Source: Vulcanimicrobiota bacterium (GTDB taxonomy: Bacteria > Vulcanimicrobiota > Vulcanimicrobiia > Vulcanimicrobiales > Vulcanimicrobiaceae). From it: a stretch of DNA of 64,000 nt. The stretch spans positions 384,001-448,000 of the forward strand of contig CAWETW010000003.1 in assembly GCA_963812155.1 (NCBI GenBank). The letters are read 5' to 3'. The first letter of the stretch is position 1. Each line of letters begins with the position of its first letter. This document shows, in pieces, positions 1-10,199 of this stretch. Made by a program: the position numbers and the translations under genes. The notes below the pieces were generated by a model. It was given only the letters and a program-made list of their open reading frames with translations, searched no databases and was not told the origin of the DNA.

Positions 1-1
1 G

Positions 2-907
2 CTGGTCACGGCGCTGGTCGCCATCGGCATTCGTGAGTCCGCAAGCGTCAACGGTGCGCTGGTCGTGGTGCAGATCGTTTCGATGATCGTCTTCATCGCG
101 GTCGTCGCGCACGCGGTGACGCCGGCAAACCTGCATCCGCTGGCTCCGTTCGGCTATCACGGCATCCTCGCGAGCACCGCGCTGGTCTTTTTTGCCTACA
201 TCGGCTTCGATACCGTGACGGTCGCGTCGGAAGAGTCGAAACGTCCCGAACGCGACGTGCCGATCGGCATCATTCTCGCGCTGACGCTCGGCGGAATTCT
301 GTACGTCGGATTGACGATCTGCACGGTGGGCGTGATGCGGTGGGATCGTCTTTCGGACGGCGCGGCAATGCTCGACGCGCTCGGTGCGGTGACGAAGAAT
401 CACGCGTACTACTGGATCGTCGCGGCCGGCGGGATCGCGGGCAATGCGACCGTCATGCTGACGTCGCTATTGGGACAAGTGCGCATCTTCTACGTCATGG
501 CGCGGGATCGCATGCTGCCGCCCGGCGTCGCGCGCGTCCATCGCGTCTTCCGCACGCCGGCGCGCATGACGGCGATCACGGGCGTCCTCGTCGCGGTGTT
601 CGCCGCCGTCTTTCCGTTGAACGAACTGCTGAAGCTGGTCAACGTCGGAACGCTCGCGGCGTTCGCGATCGTGTGCGCCGGCGTGCTCGTGCTGCGCCTG
701 GTCAACCCGGGCGCGCACCGGCCGTTTCGCGCGCCGCTGCTTCCGTTGTTTTCCGTCGCCGGAACGGGGGCGTGTCTCTACCTGATCACCGGTCTCAATC
801 TCGATACGTGGAAGCGCTACGCGATCTGGTTCGTCGTGGGGATCCTCGTCTACGCGCTCTACGGGTTCAGGAATAGCCGCTTGCGGGTGAATTTACCTCA
901 GCCCTGA
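2..907 (+). CDS. APC-family amino acid permease (5' partial)
   Basis: Multiple TM segments; FFAYIGFD..EE motif; RIFYVMARDRMLP and RPFRAP motifs of cationic amino-acid permeases; frame open from the window edge. Confidence 0.9.
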   Translation: MVTALVAIGIRESASVNGALVVVQIVSMIVFIAVVAHAVTPANLHPLAPFGYHGILASTALVFFAYIGFDTVTVASEESKRPERDVPIGIILALTLGGILYVGLTICTVGVMRWDRLSDGAAMLDALGAVTKNHAYYWIVAAGGIAGNATVMLTSLLGQVRIFYVMARDRMLPPGVARVHRVFRTPARMTAITGVLVAVFAAVFPLNELLKLVNVGTLAAFAIVCAGVLVLRLVNPGAHRPFRAPLLPLFSVAGTGACLYLITGLNLDTWKRYAIWFVVGILVYALYGFRNSRLRVNLPQP

Positions 908-935
908 AACCGAAGGATTGCCGCAGGCGTTGGGG

Positions 936-957
936 TGGTATAATCCGCCGACGGAGG
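936..957 (+). promoter_or_regulatory. Putative extended -10 promoter (TGnTATAAT) and Shine-Dalgarno for egtD
   Basis: TGGTATAAT at 936-944 in GC-rich DNA; GGAGG at 953-957 before ATG 962. Confidence 0.55.
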
Positions 958-961
958 TCCC

Positions 962-1963
962 ATGCAGAGTCCCGATACCGCGGTCGCCGATCGCTTCCAA
1001 CTCATCGAGGTTCCGCGTGGAAGCGGCGTCGCATCGTTTGCCGACGACGTGCGCGCGGGCTTGAGCGCTCCGTCGAAGCACCTTCCCTCGAAGTACCTCT
1101 ACGACCGCGTCGGGTCGGCACTCTTCGACGCGATCATGCACCTTCCGGAATATTACCTCTCGAACGCCGAAACCGAGATCCTCCGCGAGAGCGGCTGGGA
1201 GATCGTGCGCGTGCTCGACGAGCCGATCGACTTCCTCGAACTGGGCAGCGGCAGCGCCGTCAAGACGCGCCTGCTGATCGCCGAGGCGCTGCGCGTGCAG
1301 GGACGATTGCGCTATAGTCCGATCGACATCTCGATCGAAGCGCTGAGCGCGTCGTCGCTCGCATTGGTCGAATCGTTTCAGGGACTTTCGGTGCGCGCGT
1401 ACGCCGGCGATTATTTCGACGTGCTTGCGTCGCGCGCGCTCCGTTTCGATCGGCGGATGCTGGCAATGTACATGGGCTCGAATATCGGCAACTACGAACC
1501 AGCGCAAGCGCGGCGCCTGTTAAAACTGCTGGCGGCCGCGTTGCGTCCGGGAGACGGGCTGCTGCTCGGCACCGATCTCAAGAAAGATCGCGCGACCCTG
1601 GAGGCCGCGTACGACGATCCGGTCGGCGTGACCGCGGCGTTCAACAAGAATTTGCTCGAGCGCATGAATAACGAGCTGGGTGCCGGCTTCGACGCGCGCG
1701 ACTTCACGCACGTCGCCTACTACGACGAGACCCGCGGAAGCGTCGACTCGTTTCTCGAGGCGCGCCGGCCATGCGAAGTCGCCATCGAGTCGCTCGGGAT
1801 GCACGTCGCATTTGCCGAAGGCGAACGCATTCACACCGAATCGTCGTACAAGTTCTCGGACCGCGACGTCGCCGAACTCGGCGCGGCGAGCGGCTTCCGG
1901 CTGGCATCCACGTGGCACGATCGCGCGCACCGCTTCAGCGTGCACCTGCTCGTCCGCGCGTAG
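962..1963 (+). CDS. egtD: L-histidine N-alpha-methyltransferase (ergothioneine biosynthesis)
   Basis: KHLPSKYLYD..GS.LF, LPEYYL, ELGSGS..KT, GSNIGN, AAYDDPVGVTAAFNKN, IHTESSYKF motifs. Confidence 0.92.
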   Translation: MQSPDTAVADRFQLIEVPRGSGVASFADDVRAGLSAPSKHLPSKYLYDRVGSALFDAIMHLPEYYLSNAETEILRESGWEIVRVLDEPIDFLELGSGSAVKTRLLIAEALRVQGRLRYSPIDISIEALSASSLALVESFQGLSVRAYAGDYFDVLASRALRFDRRMLAMYMGSNIGNYEPAQARRLLKLLAAALRPGDGLLLGTDLKKDRATLEAAYDDPVGVTAAFNKNLLERMNNELGAGFDARDFTHVAYYDETRGSVDSFLEARRPCEVAIESLGMHVAFAEGERIHTESSYKFSDRDVAELGAASGFRLASTWHDRAHRFSVHLLVRA

Positions 1964-2901
1964 ACGCGAGCGTCGTCCCGGCCGGACCCGACGCGGCCAC
2001 GGTCGACGTCGACGGCCGCGCGGTCGCGCTGACGAACCTCAACAAAACGTTCTTTCCCGCGCTCGCGCTGAACAAGGGCGACTTGCTGCGTTACTACGAG
2101 CGCATCGCTCCCGCCGTGATTCCGCACGTCGCCGGTAAGGCGATGGTGATGAAGCGGTATCCGCACGGCGCAACCGGCGACTTTTTCTTCATGAAACGCG
2201 CGCCGTCGCCGCGGCCGCCATGGATTCGCACCTGTGCGGTCGAGCATCGCTCGGGCAACGTCATCGATTTTCCGGTGATCGACGATCTCGCCTCGCTCTT
2301 ATGGCTCGTGAATCTGGGGTGCATCGATCTCAACCCGTGGTATGCGCCCTGCGACGACGTCAACCGGCCGGACTATCTGCACCTCGATCTCGATCCGTTC
2401 GACGCGCCGTTCGAAGCCGTCGCCGAGGCAGCGCTCATCGTGCGCGACGTCTTCACGTCGGTCGGCATGACGCCGTACGTCAAGACGACCGGCAGCAAAG
2501 GCATGCACGTGTACGTCGCGATCCGGCGCGGACCGACGCAGCACGAAGTGTGGGAGATCGCCAAGGCGCTTTCGCACGCCATCGCAAAGGCGCATCCCGA
2601 TCTGCTCATCGTGGAGTATCGCGTTGCGAAACGGCCGCACGGCCGGGTGCTCCTCGACTACAATCAAAATGCTTTCGGGCGCACGCTGGCATCGATCTAT
2701 TCCGTTCGCCCGAACGAAGCGGCGATGGTGTCGGCGCCGGTTTCGTGGGAGGAGGTCGAAGGCGGCTGCCGGCCCGAGGATTTCACGATGCTCGACGTGC
2801 CCGAGCGCATCGAGCGGCTCGGCGATCTGTGGGCGCCGCTGCTGCGCAAGACGGGGCGCTTCGATCTCGCACGCCTCACCGGTGTGCCGAAGGCGCGGTA
2901 G
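1960..2901 (+). CDS. LigD-type primase-polymerase (NHEJ Pol domain), stand-alone; start codon unresolved
   Basis: LTNLNK.F, KGDLLRYY, KRYPHG, FFMK, DLDP, KTTGSKGMHVY, DYNQN, YSVR motifs of the AEP LigD-Pol family. Confidence 0.88.
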   Translation, partial: VDASVVPAGPDAATVDVDGRAVALTNLNKTFFPALALNKGDLLRYYERIAPAVIPHVAGKAMVMKRYPHGATGDFFFMKRAPSPRPPWIRTCAVEHRSGNVIDFPVIDDLASLLWLVNLGCIDLNPWYAPCDDVNRPDYLHLDLDPFDAPFEAVAEAALIVRDVFTSVGMTPYVKTTGSKGMHVYVAIRRGPTQHEVWEIAKALSHAIAKAHPDLLIVEYRVAKRPHGRVLLDYNQNAFGRTLASIYSVRPNEAAMVSAPVSWEEVEGGCRPEDFTMLDVPERIERLGDLWAPLLRKTGRFDLARLTGVPKAR

Positions 2902-2909
2902 GGAGGCTC

Positions 2910-3923
2910 GTGCGGTTTGCCGATCTGCCGTTGCGGCCGCCGATCGAGCCGATGAAGTCGCGCCAGGTTGCGGCGATTCCGCTCGGCGAGCCCTGGCTCT
3001 ACGAACCGAAGTGGGATGGATTCCGCTGCGTCGCATTCCGCAGCGGAGACGACGTCGAGTTGGAATCGAAGTCGGGGCAGTCACTCACGCGTTACTTTCC
3101 CGAGATCGTCGCGGCGCTGCTCGAGATTCGTGCGCACCGGTTCGCAATCGACGGCGAACTCTTCATCGAATCGGGTGGCGGCTTCGATTTCGACGCACTG
3201 CTTCAACGCATTCATCCGGCGGCCAGCCGCGTTGCGCGTCTCGCGCAGGAGACGCCGGCGAAGTACGCGGTTTTCGATATTCTCGTCGACCAGGAAAAGC
3301 ATGCGCTCTACGAGCAGCCTCTCGCGGCCCGGCGGAGCGCGCTCGAAGCGTTCGCCGAAACGAATTTTCGCAAGGGAACTCTGCTGGTCGTGTCGCCGGC
3401 GACGAGCGATGCGGCGTTGGCGCGCGCGTGGCTCGCGGGCGATGCGGCGCGCCTCGACGGCGTCATCGCGAAGCGTCTCGATCTCGCCTACGATTTCGGC
3501 GGACGCGACGCGGTCGTCAAAATCAAGCGGCGTTACACGGCCGATTGCGTCGTCGGCGGATTCCGGCGCACCAGTGACGGAAAAGTGGCATCGTTGCTGC
3601 TCGGACTCTACGACGGCACGGCCCTCGATCACGTCGGCTTCGTCGGCAGCATGAGCGCGCAGCAGCGTGAACGCGCCGCCGAATTCCTGGAACCGATCGT
3701 CGAGCCGCCGGGATTTACCGGGGTCGCGCCGGGCGGCCCGAGCCGCTGGCGCAAAGGCGATGCCGAGTCGGAATGGTTTCCGGTACGCCCGTCGGTCGTG
3801 GTCGAGGTGGCGTTCGATCACGTCACCGGCCGGCGCTTCCGGCACGGAGCAAAACTTTTGCGCTGGCGTCCCGACAAAGCGCCGCGCGAGTGCACGATCG
3901 ATCAGTTACTGGAGCCGGCGTAG
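2910..3923 (+). CDS. ATP-dependent DNA ligase (LigC-like)
   Basis: YEPKWDGFR adenylation motif, IDGE, FDIL, DGVIAK, VKIK, C-terminal RFRHG..LRWRPDK; GGGAGG RBS before GTG 2910. Confidence 0.9.
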   Translation: MRFADLPLRPPIEPMKSRQVAAIPLGEPWLYEPKWDGFRCVAFRSGDDVELESKSGQSLTRYFPEIVAALLEIRAHRFAIDGELFIESGGGFDFDALLQRIHPAASRVARLAQETPAKYAVFDILVDQEKHALYEQPLAARRSALEAFAETNFRKGTLLVVSPATSDAALARAWLAGDAARLDGVIAKRLDLAYDFGGRDAVVKIKRRYTADCVVGGFRRTSDGKVASLLLGLYDGTALDHVGFVGSMSAQQRERAAEFLEPIVEPPGFTGVAPGGPSRWRKGDAESEWFPVRPSVVVEVAFDHVTGRRFRHGAKLLRWRPDKAPRECTIDQLLEPA

Positions 3924-4064
3924 CTCGAACGGGTGACTCCCGATGCAAGCGAGGAGCCGACCGTGCTTGAATTGCCTGCTTGAGGTGACAGGGACGCAGG
4001 CGGGAGGCGCCAAACTAAAGGCGCTTTGCTACCCCCAACTCATATATTGAGGAGTCTTAACGCG

Positions 4065-5024
4065 ATGGATAAGCTTTCGCGGCTCGTCGGTATTGCTGCG
4101 TGCGTTTCGGCGCTCGCAGCTGCGGGATGTGCGTCGAACTCCGGCGTCACCCCCACTTCCGGCTCGCCGATGTCCCTTCAACAGCAATCCGCTACAAGCG
4201 GCGGCTGGGTTCACGACGGCGGCGTGACCTATCACGTGCCCCATTACATGGCGACCCGCTACTCGGCCCGCCAAGACGCGAAGCCGAACATCCTACTGGC
4301 TTACGGCAACGGCCCCGTGCTCGTCGCTCCGAAGATGTATCTGATCTTCTGGGGCTTCACAGCGAACGGCGACCCGAACAAAGTGAAGCCGCTTCTGAAG
4401 AACTACGCGAAGAATATCGGCGCCACGGCGTACGACAACATCTACACCCAGTACTATCAAATCGTGAGCGGCGTCACGACGAACATCACCAACCCGCGCA
4501 ACCAGGGCAACAAGACGACATTCTGGGCCGATAATACGAACGCGATTCCGGCGCACCCGACGGATGCGCAGGTTGCCTCCGAGGCGCTCCAGGGCGTCAA
4601 TCATTTCGGCTACGATCCGAACGGCTCGTACGTCGTCGTGACCGCCCACAACCACAGCTCGTCGGGCTTCGGCACGCAGTACTGCGCTTACCACAGCGCC
4701 ACGACGTCGGGCGGCAAGCTGGTTTCGTACACGAACCTGCCGTACATTCCGGACGCCGGACCGAACTGCGGCGCGAACTACATCAGCCCGCCGACGGACG
4801 AGACGGGCGCCGATGAAGGCGTGACGATCGTCGAAGGCCACGAGTACGGCGAATCGGTCACCGATCCGAACCCGCCGAGCGGCTGGTACAACAACCAAAA
4901 TGGCGAAATCGGCGACATCTGCGCGTGGGGAACCCACATTGCAAACGATCCGTACAATGCCAAGACCTACACGGCGCAGTCCATGTTCAGCAACGCGACC
5001 CAGTCCTGCGTTCACTCCTACTAA
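4065..5024 (+). CDS. Secreted lipoprotein with Phi-1/EXORDIUM-like domain
   Basis: Lipobox LAAAGC; YLIFWG, CAYH, HEYGESVTDP, GWY..GEIGDIC motifs; GAGGAG RBS. Confidence 0.65.
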   Translation: MDKLSRLVGIAACVSALAAAGCASNSGVTPTSGSPMSLQQQSATSGGWVHDGGVTYHVPHYMATRYSARQDAKPNILLAYGNGPVLVAPKMYLIFWGFTANGDPNKVKPLLKNYAKNIGATAYDNIYTQYYQIVSGVTTNITNPRNQGNKTTFWADNTNAIPAHPTDAQVASEALQGVNHFGYDPNGSYVVVTAHNHSSSGFGTQYCAYHSATTSGGKLVSYTNLPYIPDAGPNCGANYISPPTDETGADEGVTIVEGHEYGESVTDPNPPSGWYNNQNGEIGDICAWGTHIANDPYNAKTYTAQSMFSNATQSCVHSY

Positions 5025-5051
5025 ACGCGCGTCAACGTTCGCATCAACTCG

Positions 5052-5082
5052 AAGGGACCGGCTTGCGCCGGTCCCTTTTCTT
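5052..5082 (+). terminator. Rho-independent terminator
   Basis: AAGGGACCGG-cttgcg-CCGGTCCCTT hairpin followed by TTTCTT. Confidence 0.8.
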
Positions 5083-5083
5083 A

Positions 5084-5124
5084 TGTCATCCTGAGCGGAG
5101 GCGCGCAGCGCCGCAGTCGAAGGA
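5084..5124 (+). repeat. Single full-length TGTCATCC REP-like unit
   Basis: TGTCATCCTGAGCGGA-GGCGC-GCA-GCGCC-GCAGTCGAAGGA between convergent genes. Confidence 0.9.
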
Positions 5125-5133
5125 CGACGTGAG

Positions 5134-5757
5134 TCACGACGACATCGCGCGACGGGCGCGCCGCTCGGCGAGGCGCAGCAGCGCGTCGACGGCTATCGCC
5201 AGCGCCGAGGCTGCGAGACTGCCGGCCACGATCATCTCGGGTTGATGCAACGTCAACCCGTTGAAGACCAGCACGCCCAGTCCGCTACCGCCGACGTAAC
5301 CGCCGAGCGTCGCAATCGCGATCGCGGCGATCGCCGCCACCCGGACGCCGCCCAGCATGACGGGAAGCGCCTGCGGAAACTCAACGCGCCACAAAATCTG
5401 GCGCGGCGACATGCCGATTCCGCGTGCGGCATCCACTTGCGCCCGGTCGACGCCGTTGATGCCGGCGACGACGCTGCGCGCCAGCATGAACTGCGCGTAG
5501 GCAACGAGCGCAACGAAGATCGGCGCGAAACCTAAGCCGAAAAGTTGAACGAGGACCGCCAGCAGCGCGAGGCTTGGAATCGTGTAGAGCGCGCCGAGGA
5601 TGCCGAGCACCCAACTCGAGATGTGCGGGCGGCGCGCGGCGTAGACGCCCAGCGGAACGGCAACGAGCAGCGCCACCGCGAGCGCCGCCGCCACGATTTC
5701 GAGGTGCGCCGCCGTCAGCAACGCGAGTTTTCCCGGATGCGCGAGCGCGTACCCCAT
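5134..5757 (-). CDS. Osmoprotectant/betaine-type ABC transporter permease
   Basis: YTIPSLALL, DAARGIGM..ILWRVEFPQALP (EAA loop), ATLGGYVGGSGLG. Confidence 0.88.
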   Translation of the reverse strand: MGYALAHPGKLALLTAAHLEIVAAALAVALLVAVPLGVYAARRPHISSWVLGILGALYTIPSLALLAVLVQLFGLGFAPIFVALVAYAQFMLARSVVAGINGVDRAQVDAARGIGMSPRQILWRVEFPQALPVMLGGVRVAAIAAIAIATLGGYVGGSGLGVLVFNGLTLHQPEMIVAGSLAASALAIAVDALLRLAERRARRAMSS

Positions 5758-5759
5758 GC

Positions 5760-6559
5760 GGCCGTTACCCTGCGCGCGATCGAGTCGCGCACGTGCAGGT
5801 AGTAGCGCCGGTAGACGTCGTCGCCGGCATGCACGAGATCGCGCACGTACGCGCGTCGCGGGACGGTCGAGCAGCTCGCCGGGTGCGGCGACTTGTTCGA
5901 TCCGGCCGCCGTGCATAACGACGATGCGGTCGGCAAGTTTGAGCGCCTCGTCGAAGTCGTGCGTCACGAACAGCGTCGTCGTTCCGAGGTCGCGCACGAT
6001 CCGCGCGAGTTCGCGCTGCAGCGATGCGCGCACCAGCGCGTCGACGGCGCCGAACGGTTCGTCCATCAGCAGCACGCGCGGTCGCGCGGCAATCGCGCGC
6101 GCGACGCCGACGCGCTGCGCCTCGCCGCCGGAGAGTTCGCGGGGATGCCGGCTGCGGTAACGCGACGGTTCCAAACCGACCAGCGCGAGCAGCTCGTCGA
6201 CGCGAGCCGCGATGTCGGATGCCGGCCATCCGAGCAGGGACGGAACGACCGCAACGTTCTGCGCGACCGTCATGTGCGCGAACAATCCCACCGCTTGAAT
6301 CGCGTAGCCGATGGTGCGCCGCAGCTCGACCGCATCGACGCGACGCGACGTCGCGACCGTCGACCGACACGCTTCCCGCATCGAGCGTCACGAGCCGGTT
6401 GACGGTGCGCAGCAGGGTCGATTTTCCGCAGCCGGACGGGCCGAGCAACACGATCAGTTCGCCCGGCGCGGCCTCGAACGATACGTCGTCGACGGCGGCG
6501 CGATCGGCGCCGGCGTAACGAACGGTCGCGTTCGCAAAACGGATCGCGGCGCCGTTCAC
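5760..6559 (-). CDS. Osmoprotectant ABC transporter ATP-binding subunit (frameshifted in this sequence; end approximate)
   Basis: Walker A GPSGCGKS, LSGGEAQR, LLMDEPF and FVTHD split over ORFs 5765..7279 and 5134..6381. Confidence 0.85.
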
Positions 6560-7439
6560 GGTTTGACGCCCGCGAGGAAATGCCGCCGCGACGTCGGCCG
6601 GATCGCGATGCTCGCTCTCGACGGCGGCATTCATGCGTTGTGCGGCGCGGTCGGTGATCTTCGGTGAAACCGCGTCGAGCGTCGCGGCGATGCGCGGCAG
6701 GCGCCGCAGCGTCGCCTCGCGTACGACCGGCGCGACGTTGTACGGCGGCCAGAGATGGCGATCGTCGCGCAAGACGACGAGATCGTTGGTCGCGATCGCG
6801 CCGTCGGTGGTGAAGGCGCTGGCCACGTCGGCGCGGCCGTCGATCAACGCTTCGTATTTCAATGCGATGTCGTACGTGCGCACGTCGCGGAATTGAAATC
6901 CGCCGTAGACGCGCTGCAGGCCCGGCAGCCCGTCGGGACGGCTGAGGAACTCTTGAATCGTCGCCAAGCGCAGGCGCGCGGCGACCGGCGCGAGTTGCGA
7001 GAGCGTTTCGATGCCTTCGCGCTGCGAGATCGCGCGCGTCGTCGCGAGCGCTTGCGAATCGTTCATCGGGGACGGCGTCAGCCACGTCAGCGCGTAGCGG
7101 CGCTGGAACTCGCGAGCGACGGTTGCGTACAGCGCGCGCGGATCCTGCATCGGCGGAAGGTGCAGCACGTCGATGAGCGCCGTACCGGTGTATTCCGGGT
7201 AGAGGTCGATGTCGCCGCGTTCCATCGCGGCCATCGCGATTTGCGTCGACCCGAGGTTGAAAAGGCGGCGGACGCGCATTCCCGCGCGCTCGAGCGCTTG
7301 CGCGTAGATCTCCGCGATGATGAAACTCTCGGTGAAGTTCTTCGAGCCGACGACGACGCCGTCGTTGCGGCTTGCCGCACGCCGCCAGCAGCGAGGCGCC
7401 GCCGAGCATGGCGAGCGCGTGCGCGCGACTGACGCTCAC
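6556..7439 (-). CDS. Betaine-type ABC substrate-binding lipoprotein (frameshifted)
   Basis: Lipobox LLAAC; GSKNFTES, LGST, DIDLYPEYTGT, AFTTDG motifs; GTGA overlaps with both neighbours. Confidence 0.85.
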
Positions 7440-8039
7440 GCCGCGGCCTCGATGCGCCGTCCGACGCGTCCGAGAACGAGTTCGACGCCGAGCGCCAGCG
7501 CGGCGACCGCCAGCGCGCCGGCCAGCAGCAGCGGTCACGTCGCCGGTCTGAAGCCCGCGAACGATCTCGTCGCCCAAGCCGCCCCCGCCGACGAACGTGG
7601 CCAGCGTTGCGCTGGCGATGGTCTCGGTCGCGGCCGTACGCACGCCCGCGAACGCCACCGGCAGCGCGAGCGGAACGATCACGCGGGCGAAGGTCTGGGC
7701 CGGCCTCATGCCCATGCCGGCGGCGGCGTCGAGCACGGTGGCCGGAACGCCGCGGATGCCCAGATCGACTCCGATGACGACCGGCGGCGTCGCCAACAGC
7801 GCCAGCGCGACGATGGCCGGCGCAGCGCCGACGCCGAGAAACGGCAGAAGCAGCGTGAGGACGGCCAGGCTCGGCAGCGTGCGGCCGATCCCTGCCAGCG
7901 CCAGGGCCGGGTTGCGCAGCGGAGCGATGGTCGCGGCGGCGATTCCGAGCGGAATCCCGGCCAGCAGCGCGAGGGCGAGGGCGCTCGCCGCCAACGCCGC
8001 GTGCTGGCCGGCGTGCGTCGCCAAATCGGCTACCATCAT
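7436..8039 (-). CDS. Osmoprotectant ABC transporter permease (frameshift near 3' end)
   Basis: RTLPSLAVL, DAAAGMGM, ASATLATFVGGGGLG. Confidence 0.85.
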
Positions 8040-8087
8040 GGTCGCCAGAGTTTTGCCGCGCGGAGGCGAAACCCGTTGCTCCAACCT

Positions 8088-10199
8088 ATGATCGAACCGT
8101 CACTCCTGCGCAAGCCCCCGCCTCCGGCCGTCGCGATCGACGATGCCGCGCTATACATCAGCCGCGAACTCTCCTGGGTCGAGTTCAACGACCGGGTGCT
8201 CGAGGAAGGCCTCGACCCGAACAATCCGCTGCTCGAACGCCTCAAGTTCGTGGCCATTTACGAGACGAATCTCGACGAGTTTTTCATGATCCGGGTCGCG
8301 GCGATCAAGCAGCAGATCGAAGCGCAGGTCGTCCGCCGCTCCGACGACGGCCGCATGCCCGCCGAGCACCTTTCGGCGATTTCCGAGCGGTTGCGCACGT
8401 CGCTGCACACGCAAATGCGCTTGCTCAACGACGACCTGCTGCCGGCGCTCGAACGCGAAGGCATCCGGCTGATGCGCGTCTCCGATCTCGACGACGAAAC
8501 CCAAGCCGCGCTCGAGCGGGCGTTCGACGACACCGTCTTTCCCGTGCTGACGCCGCTTGCGGTCGATAGCGGCCATCCGTTTCCGTACATCTCGAACCTG
8601 TCGCTTTCGCTGGCCGTCGAACTCGAGGAGACGACGCGCGACGGCATCGAGCTGCATTTCGCGCGCGTGAAAATTCCGCCGACGCTGCCGCGCTTCATTC
8701 CGATCGAGACGGCGCCTCCGGGCGAACGGCGCTTCGTGCTGCTCGAAGATCTCATCGCGCATCACCTCGACGGACTCTTTCCCGGCATGCGCGTGCGCGA
8801 CGCGTATCTCTTCCGCGTCACGCGCGACGCCGACTTGGATCTGCAGGAAGACGAAGCCGACGATCTGCTGCGCGAGATCGAGTCGGAACTCCAGCGCCGC
8901 CGCTTCGGCAAGCCGGTGCGGCTGGAGATCGAACGCGGCATGCCCGAATATTTGCGCGATTTTCTGCTCAACGCGCTCGAACTGACCGCGGTCGACTGCT
9001 ACGACGTCGACGGCCTCATGGCGCTGAGCGACTTGTGGCAAATCGTCAACCTTCCCGGCTACGATCAGTTGCGAGACAAGCCGTTCCTGCCGGCGATCCC
9101 CAAGCGTCTCATCGGCGTGACCGACATGTTTGCGGCGATTCGGGAAGGCGACATACTGCTGCACCATCCGTACGAGTCGTTCGACCCGGTCGTTCAGTTT
9201 TTGCAGCAGGCCGCCAAAGACGAAAAAGTGCTCGCGATCAAAGCGACGCTCTACCGCACGTCGGGAAAAAACTCGCCGGTCACGCAAGCGCTCCTCGAGG
9301 CCGCCGAAAATGAAAAGCAGGTTGCGGTCGTCATCGAACTCAAGGCACGCTTCGACGAAGAGAACAACATCGAATGGGCCAGACGCCTGGAGCGTGCCGG
9401 CGCGCACGTCGTCTACGGCTTTGCGAATCAGAAAGTGCACGCGAAAACGCTGTTGGTGGTGCGCGAAGACGAAGACGGCTTACGGCGCTACATGCACTTC
9501 GGTACGGGCAACTACAACGAGAAATCCGCCCGGCTCTACACCGACGTCAGCCTGTTCACGTGCCGTCCGGAACTCGGCGGAGACGACGCGCAACTGTTCA
9601 ACGCGCTGACGGGTTTCTCGAAAATCACCGACTACGAAGAGCTCTGGGTCGCGCCGGTCACGCTGCGGCGCGAACTGATTTCGATGATCGAACGCGAAAC
9701 CGAACACGCGAAAGCGGGCCGCCCGGCGGGCATTCGCGCCAAACTCAACCACATCAGCGACGGTGAAGTGATTCGCACGCTCTACCGCGCCTCGCAAGCC
9801 GGCGTCGCGATCGACCTCTTGGTACGCGGGCAATGCGTGCTCCGGCCCGGCGTGCCGGGGTTGAGCGAACGCATCAGCGTCCGTAGCATCGTAGGACGCT
9901 TCCTCGAACATTCGCGCATCTACGCGTTCGAGAACGGCGGCGACCGCGAGGTCTTCATCGCGAGCGCCGACTGGATGGGGCGCAATCTCGACGGACGCGT
10001 CGAAATCGTCACGCCGGTGATCGATCCGATCGTGGCCGAAACGATCGACGGGCAAATCCTCACCGTGCTCTTCGCCGATAACGTCAAGGCGCGCGAACTG
10101 CTCGAAAACGGCACCTACCGCCGGCGCACGCCGGCTCCGGGCGAAATGCCGATCGACGCCCAGCGCGTGTTTCTCACCCAAGCGCAGTCCATCGGTTAA
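8088..10199 (+). CDS. ppk1: Polyphosphate kinase 1
   Basis: RELSWVEFNDRVL, NLDEFFMIRVA, HHPYESF, ELKARFDEENN, KVHAK, GTGNYN, GRFLEHSR, SADWM.RNL. Confidence 0.96.
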   Translation: MIEPSLLRKPPPPAVAIDDAALYISRELSWVEFNDRVLEEGLDPNNPLLERLKFVAIYETNLDEFFMIRVAAIKQQIEAQVVRRSDDGRMPAEHLSAISERLRTSLHTQMRLLNDDLLPALEREGIRLMRVSDLDDETQAALERAFDDTVFPVLTPLAVDSGHPFPYISNLSLSLAVELEETTRDGIELHFARVKIPPTLPRFIPIETAPPGERRFVLLEDLIAHHLDGLFPGMRVRDAYLFRVTRDADLDLQEDEADDLLREIESELQRRRFGKPVRLEIERGMPEYLRDFLLNALELTAVDCYDVDGLMALSDLWQIVNLPGYDQLRDKPFLPAIPKRLIGVTDMFAAIREGDILLHHPYESFDPVVQFLQQAAKDEKVLAIKATLYRTSGKNSPVTQALLEAAENEKQVAVVIELKARFDEENNIEWARRLERAGAHVVYGFANQKVHAKTLLVVREDEDGLRRYMHFGTGNYNEKSARLYTDVSLFTCRPELGGDDAQLFNALTGFSKITDYEELWVAPVTLRRELISMIERETEHAKAGRPAGIRAKLNHISDGEVIRTLYRASQAGVAIDLLVRGQCVLRPGVPGLSERISVRSIVGRFLEHSRIYAFENGGDREVFIASADWMGRNLDGRVEIVTPVIDPIVAETIDGQILTVLFADNVKARELLENGTYRRRTPAPGEMPIDAQRVFLTQAQSIG

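Noticed and set aside
3924..4064. Possible riboswitch in the leader of the Phi-1-like gene
   Set aside because: A few GC hairpins are possible but I could not match any riboswitch consensus.
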